64,000 nucleotides of DNA from Bacillota bacterium (GCA_012842395.1 DUSX01000020.1:43413-107412), one strand, 5' to 3'; shown: positions 50,716 through 60,928, counted from the first letter of the stretch. Program-made: numbers and translations. The notes: generated by a model not told the origin, from the sequence alone.

Positions 50716-51588
50716 CTAGAACGCGATGCTGAGCGACAGCCTGTGGCTGTCGGGCAGCACGTTGTGGGCCTGGTAAGCGTAGTCCGCGGAGAAACCGCTG
50801 AACCTGACGCCCAAGCCCGCCGTGAGCGAGGTTTGCCCCGCGCCCCAGGAACACCCGCCTCGCACGGCTACGTGGCCGATCATGTACTCCGCGCCGGCGC
50901 GCAGCTCGTAGTCGCCTTTCACGACAGCGTCAGCAGCGAGCAGGAGGTCTTCGATCGGCTTCGCGGAGACTCCAACGCCCCACGAGCGATCGAAGGCGTC
51001 CTCGCTGCCGCTGCTGTAGCGTACGCCTCCGACCACGTTGCGGGCAACAGCGCCAACCTTTACCATCCCTGTGTCGTACACAAGGCCTATGTCTCCCGTG
51101 AACCCGGACCCCGCATTGTCGGGCAGGGTTTGTGAGTAGTACTTGACGGACCCGCCCACACCCAGTCTGGGGAGCACCTCGGCGCCGTACGCGGCGACTG
51201 CCGTGTACTCGCGCATCCCGAAATAACCGGTGACGTTGGCGAATTCGTCGGTGCTCTCTATGGAGGACGCGTCAAGCAGAAGTGCTCCCGCCCCTATGCT
51301 CTTTTGAGCGTATCCGAAGGCCATGTAGTTCACCGCTCCATACTGGCTAGTATAGAGCGATGTGACGTGATGCCCCTCCACGAACGCGAGACCAGCGGGG
51401 TTGTAGTAGAACGCCGACGCGTCGTCTGCCACGGCGATGAACGCCCCGCCCATCCCGAGGGCTCTCGCGCCCACCCCGATGTCCATCATAGCAGCTGTGC
51501 CGACGGGGTCTTGCTCGGCCCACGCCACCCCTGCGGGCAACAGGGCGAAAACCACCGCAAACACCGATATCGCTATCTTGACTCGCAT
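50716..51588 (-). CDS. PorV/PorQ-like outer-membrane beta-barrel protein
   Basis: Start ATG 51588 after GAGGAGGG. Signal peptide is MRVKIAISVFAVVFALLPAGVAWA. GARALGMGGAFIAVADDASAFYYNPAGLA is the N-terminal signature I associate with the PorV/PorQ family. Alternating beta-strand pattern, with a C-terminal aromatic residue (F). Confidence 0.6.
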   Translation of the reverse strand: MRVKIAISVFAVVFALLPAGVAWAEQDPVGTAAMMDIGVGARALGMGGAFIAVADDASAFYYNPAGLAFVEGHHVTSLYTSQYGAVNYMAFGYAQKSIGAGALLLDASSIESTDEFANVTGYFGMREYTAVAAYGAEVLPRLGVGGSVKYYSQTLPDNAGSGFTGDIGLVYDTGMVKVGAVARNVVGGVRYSSGSEDAFDRSWGVGVSAKPIEDLLLAADAVVKGDYELRAGAEYMIGHVAVRGGCSWGAGQTSLTAGLGVRFSGFSADYAYQAHNVLPDSHRLSLSIAF

Positions 51589-51742
51589 TTGGTCGCCCTC
51601 CTCATTGCCTGAAGCCTCAGGAGATCCCGGGTCGCATTCATTCATATCGAGTCAACCGGCCAGTGGTGCTGCGCCGGTCGCGTGGCCGCGCCGCATAGCG
51701 CGTCAGCGCCAAGTCACGCCGGCGCGGCACCACTCACCTGCG

Positions 51743-54700
51743 CTAGCGGCTTACGACAAGCCGTCCTACTTCGGACCTATCGCCGTCCTCGGTCACGACC
51801 AGGTAGAGGTACAGCCCGTTCGCTATCGGCCTTCCGCCGGACGTGAGGTCCCATTCGTATACGTTGACATTGCTGGCGAGGTCTGCGGTGTGCACGAGCC
51901 TGCCAGCGATGTCGTAGACGTATAAGGTCCCGTTGCTTTGAATGTCGTAGAAGAACCTCACGCGGTCCGAGACCGGATTCGGAGAGGCGACCACCATGCG
52001 GAAGAGAACGACGATCGTGAACTCGCCGCTCGTCGCCTGGCCGGACGCGCCATCCGGGTCGACGGCGACGACCCTCACTTTGTAAAGGCCTCCCTTCTTG
52101 ACCTGCGAGGTATCCCACTGGAACTCGCCGGTGTTGGGCTGGTCTTTCGCAATGAGGTTGAAGCCCTCGTCGTCTCCGACGCGGTCGTACTCGAACCTCA
52201 TGGTTATCTTGTCAGCGCTGTCGTCCGGATCGGTGACCTCATACCTAATCGCCTTCGTCCCCGTCCACACCACGCCTGCCTCCGGCTCGAGGATCTTGAC
52301 AACCGGGCCGGTGTTCACGACGTCGATGGTCTGCTCCGTGCGACCCACGAGGCCGCCGTCATCGACCACGCTGAGTCGCACCGTGTACTTGCCCTTCGCG
52401 GAGTACTGGTGAGCCGGGTTCTGCTCGATGCTGGTCCCGCCGTCACCGAACTCCCAGAGCCAGCTCACTATGTGCCCGTCGTCCGTGGACGCGTCCGTGA
52501 AGTGGACGATGTCCTGCACCGTGGCTGGAGACGGAGCGAACGTGAACGCGGCGACAGGAGCGGCGTTCGCGATCGCGAAGGGCTCGCTCGTGTCTTCAGA
52601 CACGGCACCCGCCGGGTCAGTGGCGACAACACGTATTCTGAACGTGTCGCCCCCTTCGCCGACAGACGCCGTGTTCCACCGGTACGTTCCGGTGTTGGCG
52701 AGGTCCTCGGCGATCACGTGCCAGTGTTCCCCGTCACGCGTATAGTACAGGTCAATCACTAGGCTTTCAGCATGATCGTCCGCGTCGACCGCCGTCCACG
52801 TGATGTCTTGCTCGCCAGACCACTCCTCGCCCCCAGCCGGAGCGGTGAGCGTGACAACGGGGGCCTGGTCGAGCTTGATGCTCACCGGGACAGCCACGAG
52901 CGGACGGAACGGATCGTTGGCCGACACGTGCAAGTACAGCGAGTACGTGCCGGGGGCCGCTTCCGGTGACCCGAACGTGACCATGACCTCCTGTTGCTCG
53001 TTCGGGAGCAGGTAGCCGGAGGTCGGATTCACCGCGATGACTGACCCCACGGGCGAGAAGGCGACCGCAAGACCGTTCTGGATGTACGGCGCGTTGTAGG
53101 TCACCTGCAATCCGACGCTGCCGGACGCGTTCTCGATGCCCACCGTCGCGCTGCTCACATTCCCGTTCATCGCGAGGTACTGGTAGACGATGGTCCCGTC
53201 AGGCTTCAGGATGACTTGGAACGTGTTGCCCGCCGAGCTGCCCCACTGCGGCACGTTCTCGAACTCGACTATGAAGCGCATGTTCGCCGCGTCGTAGTAG
53301 TAATAGACGTTGCCAGCGCTGCCCGGATCCAGGTCGTCCCAGAACACCGCCACGAGGTCGTTCGGGTCGTTGGGATCCGGAATGGGCCCGTTCGTCCAGT
53401 ACCCTCTGAGCGCGCTCGGATCGAAGGTCAGGTACCCGTTGGATGCTATCCCGACCTGGGTCTTGACGTCTCCATAGAACGGGAACCCGAACGGAAGCGC
53501 CACTGTGCGGCCTGACTCGTCTTCGAGCGGCACGCGCGTTCCGACCCCGTTGATCTCGAACCAGTCGAAGACCGGGCCGTTGTCCTCAGTGCTGTCCATC
53601 CAGATATACCCGAATGCGTCGGGCCCGCCCGCGCCAGCACCCGCGAACCCGCGCGGCTCGTTCGCGAAGTCGCCTTTCTCGTGTGCCTCAGCGGCGTACC
53701 GCTGCCACTCCGGGCTGCCCGCGAAGCTCGGTGCGAGACTCACCCAGAAGTTCATCGGTGCGTTGCCGGCATTGCCGATGGTAAGGCGCTCTTGGTCCTG
53801 AGTGCCAGCAAGTATGACCTTGTCAAAGCTCTCGGGCTGCACCTCGAGAGCCGGCAGCCACTTCACCTGGATCTCAACCGTCTGCACAGCCTCGACTCCG
53901 TACTCATCGAGCGCGTGGACGCTGGCCGAGTACGTTCCCGGCTCCGTATACGTATGGGAGACCTCGAGCTGGTGTACCGGCTCGCTCCCGTCGCCGAAAT
54001 TCCACCAGACGTCTGTTATCGGTGCCGCGCCGGCTGTCACGGTGGCGTTGAACCTTACGTCGAGCGGCGGCTCACCTATGGTCGGCTCGGCCGTAACGTT
54101 CGATATGGTGGGACCGGCCAGGATGTGAGTCAGCACGTTGACGAACGCTACCTGGTTCCTCGGGTCGTTGGTCACTACCTCCAGGTAGTTCGCTACGCTT
54201 TCACCTGGCGCGCCAAGTTCAGCAGCATCGATCGTGACCCTCAGGTCCATGCTATCGCCCGGCTCGACCGTGCCACGACTCGGCTCAACCGTTATCCCTC
54301 GTGCGATCGGCATCTCCGTGCTGACGAGCCAGGCCATGTTGTCCTGGGTCACGGCCCAGAGATTCCCGTCGCTGTTGATCTCAAGCCCGGCGCCCAGGTA
54401 GCTCCCTCCAGCCGGACCAGGGAACTGGTACACGATCTCAAGAGCCTCGAGATCCAGCCCGTAGATGTAGTCTCCCGGTGAGTTCGTGGACACCCATAGG
54501 ATTCCGTCGGGATGCCACGCAAGCCCGCTGATGCCTGCTCCTGTTAGCGTCCAACCCTCGATGACCTGCCCCGGGGCATCCCAGTCAAGGCCTTTCACGC
54601 GGTAGATGACGTCCTCGTTCCAGCCGCCGATGTAGAACGTGTCGGTGTTCGGGTCATACGCCACTCCGCGCTGCGAAACATACGTCCATGGGGTTCCGCG

Positions 54701-57700
54701 CAGCGTCGCAACGACCTCGCCGGTCTCGGGATTCAAGCCGTAAAGGCCGTTGTCGCCGCCCACGTTCACCTGCCACACGAGATTGTGGTTGGAGTCGTAC
54801 GCCATGTCCGCTGGCCATGCCCCAGCCCAGGGCGTGTTGACAGAGCCGAGCAGAGCGCCGTCCTGAGTGGTCCAGAAGTCCTTCCGCTGCTCGGGATCGG
54901 AGATCCAGAGCTTCTCGTCATCGAACCCCACGCCCCATCCGACCACAATCTCCGAAGGCAGCGGCCACGACATGAGCACGTCGCCCACGGCGTCGGGCTT
55001 TACGTTCGCGGCTATCCTCTCAGCCGCTTCCGCGGCAAGAGGCTCGTACAGGCCTTCCGCAGTGCGGGCATTCGCGTCCGCGACCTTGCCTTGCCTCTTC
55101 GGCAGAGCGATAGCCGGAGCAAGCCCACCTCGCACCTTCACCCGGAACTCGAGCGCCGCGTGGCCTTCCACGTTGCCTATCGTAACCGTGCGCTCCTCGA
55201 CCCCATTGGAAGGCAGGCTGACCTCGAGGGACTCAGGCTCAACCGTCGCTGCCGGCAGGAGCCTGACCTCGATGGGAATCGTGACAGTCGCCGTGCCACC
55301 TAGCTCGTCAGTTACGTGGAAAGTGGCGAGGTACGACCCTTCAGCGCTGTACACGTGTGTCGTGTCAAGCTCGGATGCTTGAGCCCCGTCCCCGAAGTCC
55401 CATCCGTAGCTCGTGATGGGCGTTTCAGGAGCTTGCACCTGAGCATGGAACGTGACCGTCAGCGGAGGCTCCCCCAGGGTTGGCTCGGCGTATGCCTCCG
55501 TGATGATCGGCGGGTAGGCTACACGAGAGTGCACCGGCACCACAATCATCGGATACTCCAGGTCGTTCGTGAACAGCACGACGCTGCCCGTGTAGTCGCC
55601 AGGCAGTAGGTGCGAGGCGTCCACTTCCACATTGATCGGGATCGACCCGCCGGCGGGAACCATGCCGCTCGCAGGCTCCCAGGTGAGCCAGCCGCCGATC
55701 GAACCGAGGCCGGACTCCACGAGATACATCGAGTTGTCGTTCTGCGAAGCAATCCAGAGGTTTCCGTCAGCATCGAACTCCACGCCCGCACCGCTGTAAT
55801 CGCCGCCAGCTGGATGCGGGAACTCGGCCATGGCGGCGTGGCTCACCGGGTCGACGAAGTACACCATGTCGGGTGCGGCATTGCTCGTCACCACTAGGAC
55901 GTTCGCATTGGGGTGATACGCGAGCCCGGCTATGCCCACTGGCATGGACCATTTCTCGAGCAGCCCGCCAGGGTCATCCCAGCTTAGGCCCTTTATATGG
56001 TAGATGACGTCCTCGTTCCAGCCACCTACGTAGAAAGTGTCGTCCTCCGGGTTGTAGGCGACACCGCGCTGGGAAGTCGTCCACGGCACACTCGTGATGG
56101 AGCCGACGACCTCGCCGGTCTGCGGATCAAGTTGATACAGGCCATTGTCGCCGCCCACGTTCACCTGCCAGACGTACGTCCCGTCGAACGCCGCGTCCGC
56201 AGGCCAAGCGCCTGCCCAGGGCGTTGTCCAGCTCGTTCCGGTGTACTGCCCGTCTGGCGTGACCACGAAGTCCTTCAGCTGTTCTGGATCGGATATGATC
56301 ACGTTCCCGGTGTTCCAGTCGACAGCCACACCCCAAGTGAGGCCGATGGGCGATGGAGAGTGCCAGGACGTGATCACGTCGCCGACAGCATCGGGAAGCC
56401 ATGGCGACGATTTGACCGCATCGCGTTCCTTGTACACGCCCGTCGATTTGATGGCGTTGGTGTCCTTGATCTCTCCGGGCGCTATCTGTCGCTCAAGCAG
56501 GCCAACCGCGCTTTCGAGCCCCTCGTCGCTGAACACGAGAGGCCCGGGGCCTGCGTTGGAGAGCGTGAAGGCACCAGACGCCGACTGGCCCTGCGCCACC
56601 GTGAAGAAGAGCTGGGTGGGGGACCAGCTTGCTGATGGCGGCTGCTGCACGCGGACGGTCACTTGCGTCGTGGTCTCGTAACCGTCGTTGTCGATGGCGT
56701 GGAACGTCGCGACGTACGTTCCTTCCTCATCGAAGGTGTGCAACGCCACGAACTCGTGCACGCGCTCGCTCTCGTCACCGAAGTCCCAGTACTTGTCGCT
56801 GATGTACCCATCGCTGTCGCTGGCAGCCGCGACAAACTGGAATTCGGTCTCGACCGGACCCTGCGCCGGGTTCACGCCGCAAGCGGAGATCACCGGCGGC
56901 CGGTTGGGGAGCACATCAACGTGAACAGGCACGTCGACGCGCGGCGTCAGGAGGTCGTTCGTCTCGACGACCACCGCCCCGTCCAGAGCACCGCCTGCAA
57001 TCGGCGTGAGGTCGAACGTAACGCCTATGTCCACGCTCTCACCTGGAGCGACTGTGCCGGTCTCGGTATCGACCGACAACCATTCGAACGGGTAGAACTT
57101 GATGGCAAGTCCGTTATGTATGTAGCCTGTTGCGTTGAACAACACCTCCAACCCGTCGGTGCCAGTGGCATTCTCGATCCCGATAGTTGCTCCCGCTTCG
57201 TTGGTCGCCGGGTTGAACACCATGTCCAGGTACTGGTAGATGATGGTGCCGTCTGGGTACAGCATCGCTTCGAATGTGTAGGCTCCCTGATTGGTGGTTC
57301 TGGGCACCTGGTACCATTCCACTATGAACGCGTCTCTCACTGTGTCATAGTAGTAGAACACGCGGCCTGATTGCGGGTAGAGGTCATCCCACCACACAGC
57401 GAGGAGATCGTTGGGCGAGTATGTGGCGGGAATCGGATCGTTCGACCAGTCTCCTCCGCTCGTTCCGAACGTGAGGTACCCGTTCGCGCTTATCGTGACA
57501 GCGGTTTTCGTCTCGCCATAGAACGGGAACTCCCATGGAAGCGCGGCCACCGCGTACCCGTCGTCACCTAGGCTCAGGGCCGTGCCTATGCCGCTGATTT
57601 CAGCCCAGTCGAACGCGGGCCCGCCCGCCTGATCGCTATCTACCCAGATATATCCGAACGCGTCAGGCCCACCCATTCCCTCCGGGTGAACGCGGCCTTC

Positions 57701-60700
57701 GCGAGGATCCCTGTCGTCTTTGGACGCAGGTTCCCAGGGTTCGACAGCCGAACCCACATCAGGGCTAGGCTCGGACACGGGGCCCGTAGCGGCATGCACT
57801 GTGAAGCTCAGATCAGCATCACCGGTGTTGCTGATCGTGAGAGTCTCTGTGCGGGTCCGGTGGGCTCGCACCGTTGCCGTGAAGGACCGCGGACTCACAC
57901 CCACCGTCGGAAGCGGCTCGGCGACGATGTGTACGGACTGCGACGTCGAGAGCCCTTCATCGTCGGTCACGGTGAGGGTGGCATCATACTCTCCTTCTTG
58001 TGAGTAAGTGTGCGTGGTCTCAAGCGTCCCCGTCACGGGATCGCTTCCGTCTCCGAAGTCCCATACGATGTTTGTGATGACCCCATCGGGGTCCTCCGCT
58101 GAGGCTCGGAACCGCACCGTGAGCGGAGGTGTGCCTGCCCAAGGGTCGGCTATGAGAGAAACGATCTGGGGCGGCAGGATCGCGTTCACGTGCAGCACCG
58201 TGTTGATGGCGACCTCAGGCTCGTCGGCGTCGTCGCTGTGAACGATGATGTCCGCGAGCCAATCCGCCTCGGGGAGGCTGTCGGCTCGGAAGGTCACGTT
58301 CACTGTCTCGGTAGCGCCAGGAGCCACGGTGCCATCCGTAGGCGATACTTCTATCCACCTGGGCACGAAGAGCACGGAAAGCTCGTTGTGCACGTACTCC
58401 TGGTTGAAGGCCACCTGCAGGCCGTCGTCGCCAGCTGCGTTCTCGATGCCGATGGTGGCTTCGTCAAGCCTGTCACCTTGCATGCTGAGGTAGTTGTACA
58501 TGATCGTCCCGTCGGGAGACAGGATGACCTGGAACGTGTACGGCCCGCCGCTTGAGAGACGCTGCACGGCCTGGTACTGGACTATGAACGCGTCTTGTGT
58601 GGCGGCGTAGTAGATAGTCCCTCCCCTAGTGGGATCAAGGTCGTCCCAGAACGTAGCAAGCAGATCATTGGGTTGGGCCGTGTCCGGGATCGGATCGTTG
58701 CTCCAGTCCCTACCGGTCGTGCCGAAAGTCAGGTACCCGTTGGAACCTATCCGCACCTGGTCCTTCGTCTGGCCGTAGAACGGGAACGCGAACGGGAGCG
58801 GAACTACGATCTCATCGTCGTCGCCGAGGGCAACCGGCGTCCCGAATCCTGATATGTCTCGCCAGACGAACGGCGGCCCGGTGGGGCTGTCGCTATCGAA
58901 CCACATGTACCCGAAGAGGTCGGGTCCGCCAGAACTCAGCGTCTGCGGCTCGCCACGGCGCGGATCCTCCTCGCCCTTGGCGATCTCCATGTGGGGCCAC
59001 GCAACCGCCGCCGAAGGCGCTCCCATGCCGGCGAGGGCCACCTCTATGTTGTAGTGCAGGTCCCCCTCACCCGTGTTCCCTATCGTGAACGTCTTGGTCT
59101 CCATCTCGCCCCAATCAAGCGACGACTCCAAAGACAGCGGGTTGACCTCGATCTCGGGCGGGTAGAAAACGTGTATGGTGATGACAGCGGTAGTCTCAAG
59201 GCCGGAATCGTCCACCGCGTGAAACGAGGCGTCGAAGAAACCCTGATCCTCGTATGTGTGGGTAGTGTTGTATTCGTGGACCACGGGGCTCCCGTCGCCG
59301 AAGTCCCACCAGTAATCCGCGATCTCGCCATCAACGTCTGTTGCTGAGGCACTGAACGTCACGAGGAGCGGCGGTTCACCCTCTCGCGGTTCCGCGTTTG
59401 CCGACGTCACGATAGGCGGAAGCGACATAGCGAAGGCGTTTGCAGCATTCAGCCTGCCGCCCGAAACGCACAGGCCCTCGAACGCCGGCTTCACGTCCAC
59501 CGTGTCAAGGATGATGCCTTTGATCGAGGGGCTCCCCTCAACCCAGCCCGGCGCACCTGGATACTGCGGGAGGTCCGGGTACATGCTCACGAGGCCCGCG
59601 GCGACGCCGGACACGTGCGGAGTCGCCATCGACGTCCCGTAGAAGAACTCATACGCCTCCTCTGGAGGCTCGCCCGGCGCTGGGGGTGGGTCCGGAGGGA
59701 TCGTGGACAGAATGAACCCGCCCGGCGCGAAGAGGTCAACGCTCGTGTCGCCCCAGTTGCTGCTCCACCAACCAGGGTAATAACACCTCTGGTCGTTCTG
59801 CGCGCTGGCACCGACGGCGATGATGTTAGGCGAATCGTAGCTCGATGGATAGTGTGGCGACACATCGTTGTCGACCCCGCTGTTGCCGGCCGCTGCGACG
59901 AAAAGGATTCCAGAAGCCTCGATGGCGTCCTTGAGCGCCTGGCTGAACGGGCCGCCGCCCCAGCTGTTGCTGGTGAGCTTCGCGCCTTTGTCCACGGCGT
60001 ACTCCAGCGCGAGGATGGCGTCGGAGGTGTACCCGCCTTCCGGGCCAAGGAACTTCAGGATGATGATCTGGATGTCCCAGTTGATGCCGGACACCCCGGT
60101 GGCGTTGTTCGTAATAGCCCCTATAGTGCCCGCGGTGTGTGTCCCGTGTTCGTCATTCAGGTATCCCCACTGGTCGCGCTCGTCCCGGTCCCACACCGTG
60201 TTGTCGTTGTTAAAGAAGTCCCAGCCGTGGATGTCATCTATGTATCCGTTCCCGTCGTCGTCCACACCTGGAGTGCCGTTGAATTCCTCGTCATTCACCC
60301 AGATGTTTTCGGCGAGGTCCGGATGCTCGATGTACGCGCCCGTGTCGATGAGGCCGACGATCACCTCTTGCGAGTTGGTGTGCCTTGCCCAGGCCTCAGG
60401 CATGTCTATGTCCGCGTCATCCACGGGATCGCCGGACATCATTGGATCCTTGAGCTCGGGCGGAAGGTCTTGGTTCTGTAGCCCCCACATTTCCGGAAAC
60501 CGGGGGTCATTCGGTATCACAGGGGACTGGTCACGATAACGCATGAAGTCCTTCTCCGCGTACATGATCCCAGGGGCAGCCCCCAGCTTGCCGAGGGCGT
60601 TTTCCACGCTCTCGCCTTTGGGAAGCTCCACTATCCCGAACCGGACGCCGTTCGGGAAAGCCGCGCTCGGCTCGAATCGAGCCGTCCTCAAAAGCGAGTA

Positions 60701-60928
60701 ACCCAGTCGCGAGACTGCGTCCTCGGCGTCTTGGGCACGTACGGCGTCGGCAAACCGGACTATCACCCTTGACGGGTGGTATGCTTCCTCATGGGTCTGC
60801 CATCCGCCGCGGCCCGGCTGCGCGCCCTGCCCTTGGGCCGATACACTCGCGGCGATTGCTGAAAGCACGGCCGCGACCATGAGTGCTGCCATGACCAGAA
60901 GATGAATCTTCCGGTGGCTGTGCGCCAT
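51743..60928 (-). CDS. Giant (3061 aa) secreted modular subtilisin-family (S8) serine protease with PKD domains, repeated uncharacterised modules and a T9SS-type C-terminal sorting domain
   Basis: Signal peptide is HLLVMAALMVAAVLSAIAASVSAQG. The S8 triad blocks are GLIDTGAYIEHPDL, DEHGTHTAGTI and GTSMATPHVSG. Six W(D/N/E)FGD(G/E) PKD cores are present. The C-terminus reads SPNPVSDRVRFFYD...LYVYDIAGRLVHT...WDLTSGGRPIANGLYLYLVV...GRLVVSR. GGGAGGG precedes the ATG. Confidence 0.88.
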   Translation of the reverse strand: MAHSHRKIHLLVMAALMVAAVLSAIAASVSAQGQGAQPGRGGWQTHEEAYHPSRVIVRFADAVRAQDAEDAVSRLGYSLLRTARFEPSAAFPNGVRFGIVELPKGESVENALGKLGAAPGIMYAEKDFMRYRDQSPVIPNDPRFPEMWGLQNQDLPPELKDPMMSGDPVDDADIDMPEAWARHTNSQEVIVGLIDTGAYIEHPDLAENIWVNDEEFNGTPGVDDDGNGYIDDIHGWDFFNNDNTVWDRDERDQWGYLNDEHGTHTAGTIGAITNNATGVSGINWDIQIIILKFLGPEGGYTSDAILALEYAVDKGAKLTSNSWGGGPFSQALKDAIEASGILFVAAAGNSGVDNDVSPHYPSSYDSPNIIAVGASAQNDQRCYYPGWWSSNWGDTSVDLFAPGGFILSTIPPDPPPAPGEPPEEAYEFFYGTSMATPHVSGVAAGLVSMYPDLPQYPGAPGWVEGSPSIKGIILDTVDVKPAFEGLCVSGGRLNAANAFAMSLPPIVTSANAEPREGEPPLLVTFSASATDVDGEIADYWWDFGDGSPVVHEYNTTHTYEDQGFFDASFHAVDDSGLETTAVITIHVFYPPEIEVNPLSLESSLDWGEMETKTFTIGNTGEGDLHYNIEVALAGMGAPSAAVAWPHMEIAKGEEDPRRGEPQTLSSGGPDLFGYMWFDSDSPTGPPFVWRDISGFGTPVALGDDDEIVVPLPFAFPFYGQTKDQVRIGSNGYLTFGTTGRDWSNDPIPDTAQPNDLLATFWDDLDPTRGGTIYYAATQDAFIVQYQAVQRLSSGGPYTFQVILSPDGTIMYNYLSMQGDRLDEATIGIENAAGDDGLQVAFNQEYVHNELSVLFVPRWIEVSPTDGTVAPGATETVNVTFRADSLPEADWLADIIVHSDDADEPEVAINTVLHVNAILPPQIVSLIADPWAGTPPLTVRFRASAEDPDGVITNIVWDFGDGSDPVTGTLETTHTYSQEGEYDATLTVTDDEGLSTSQSVHIVAEPLPTVGVSPRSFTATVRAHRTRTETLTISNTGDADLSFTVHAATGPVSEPSPDVGSAVEPWEPASKDDRDPREGRVHPEGMGGPDAFGYIWVDSDQAGGPAFDWAEISGIGTALSLGDDGYAVAALPWEFPFYGETKTAVTISANGYLTFGTSGGDWSNDPIPATYSPNDLLAVWWDDLYPQSGRVFYYYDTVRDAFIVEWYQVPRTTNQGAYTFEAMLYPDGTIIYQYLDMVFNPATNEAGATIGIENATGTDGLEVLFNATGYIHNGLAIKFYPFEWLSVDTETGTVAPGESVDIGVTFDLTPIAGGALDGAVVVETNDLLTPRVDVPVHVDVLPNRPPVISACGVNPAQGPVETEFQFVAAASDSDGYISDKYWDFGDESERVHEFVALHTFDEEGTYVATFHAIDNDGYETTTQVTVRVQQPPSASWSPTQLFFTVAQGQSASGAFTLSNAGPGPLVFSDEGLESAVGLLERQIAPGEIKDTNAIKSTGVYKERDAVKSSPWLPDAVGDVITSWHSPSPIGLTWGVAVDWNTGNVIISDPEQLKDFVVTPDGQYTGTSWTTPWAGAWPADAAFDGTYVWQVNVGGDNGLYQLDPQTGEVVGSITSVPWTTSQRGVAYNPEDDTFYVGGWNEDVIYHIKGLSWDDPGGLLEKWSMPVGIAGLAYHPNANVLVVTSNAAPDMVYFVDPVSHAAMAEFPHPAGGDYSGAGVEFDADGNLWIASQNDNSMYLVESGLGSIGGWLTWEPASGMVPAGGSIPINVEVDASHLLPGDYTGSVVLFTNDLEYPMIVVPVHSRVAYPPIITEAYAEPTLGEPPLTVTFHAQVQAPETPITSYGWDFGDGAQASELDTTHVYSAEGSYLATFHVTDELGGTATVTIPIEVRLLPAATVEPESLEVSLPSNGVEERTVTIGNVEGHAALEFRVKVRGGLAPAIALPKRQGKVADANARTAEGLYEPLAAEAAERIAANVKPDAVGDVLMSWPLPSEIVVGWGVGFDDEKLWISDPEQRKDFWTTQDGALLGSVNTPWAGAWPADMAYDSNHNLVWQVNVGGDNGLYGLNPETGEVVATLRGTPWTYVSQRGVAYDPNTDTFYIGGWNEDVIYRVKGLDWDAPGQVIEGWTLTGAGISGLAWHPDGILWVSTNSPGDYIYGLDLEALEIVYQFPGPAGGSYLGAGLEINSDGNLWAVTQDNMAWLVSTEMPIARGITVEPSRGTVEPGDSMDLRVTIDAAELGAPGESVANYLEVVTNDPRNQVAFVNVLTHILAGPTISNVTAEPTIGEPPLDVRFNATVTAGAAPITDVWWNFGDGSEPVHQLEVSHTYTEPGTYSASVHALDEYGVEAVQTVEIQVKWLPALEVQPESFDKVILAGTQDQERLTIGNAGNAPMNFWVSLAPSFAGSPEWQRYAAEAHEKGDFANEPRGFAGAGAGGPDAFGYIWMDSTEDNGPVFDWFEINGVGTRVPLEDESGRTVALPFGFPFYGDVKTQVGIASNGYLTFDPSALRGYWTNGPIPDPNDPNDLVAVFWDDLDPGSAGNVYYYYDAANMRFIVEFENVPQWGSSAGNTFQVILKPDGTIVYQYLAMNGNVSSATVGIENASGSVGLQVTYNAPYIQNGLAVAFSPVGSVIAVNPTSGYLLPNEQQEVMVTFGSPEAAPGTYSLYLHVSANDPFRPLVAVPVSIKLDQAPVVTLTAPAGGEEWSGEQDITWTAVDADDHAESLVIDLYYTRDGEHWHVIAEDLANTGTYRWNTASVGEGGDTFRIRVVATDPAGAVSEDTSEPFAIANAAPVAAFTFAPSPATVQDIVHFTDASTDDGHIVSWLWEFGDGGTSIEQNPAHQYSAKGKYTVRLSVVDDGGLVGRTEQTIDVVNTGPVVKILEPEAGVVWTGTKAIRYEVTDPDDSADKITMRFEYDRVGDDEGFNLIAKDQPNTGEFQWDTSQVKKGGLYKVRVVAVDPDGASGQATSGEFTIVVLFRMVVASPNPVSDRVRFFYDIQSNGTLYVYDIAGRLVHTADLASNVNVYEWDLTSGGRPIANGLYLYLVVTEDGDRSEVGRLVVSR

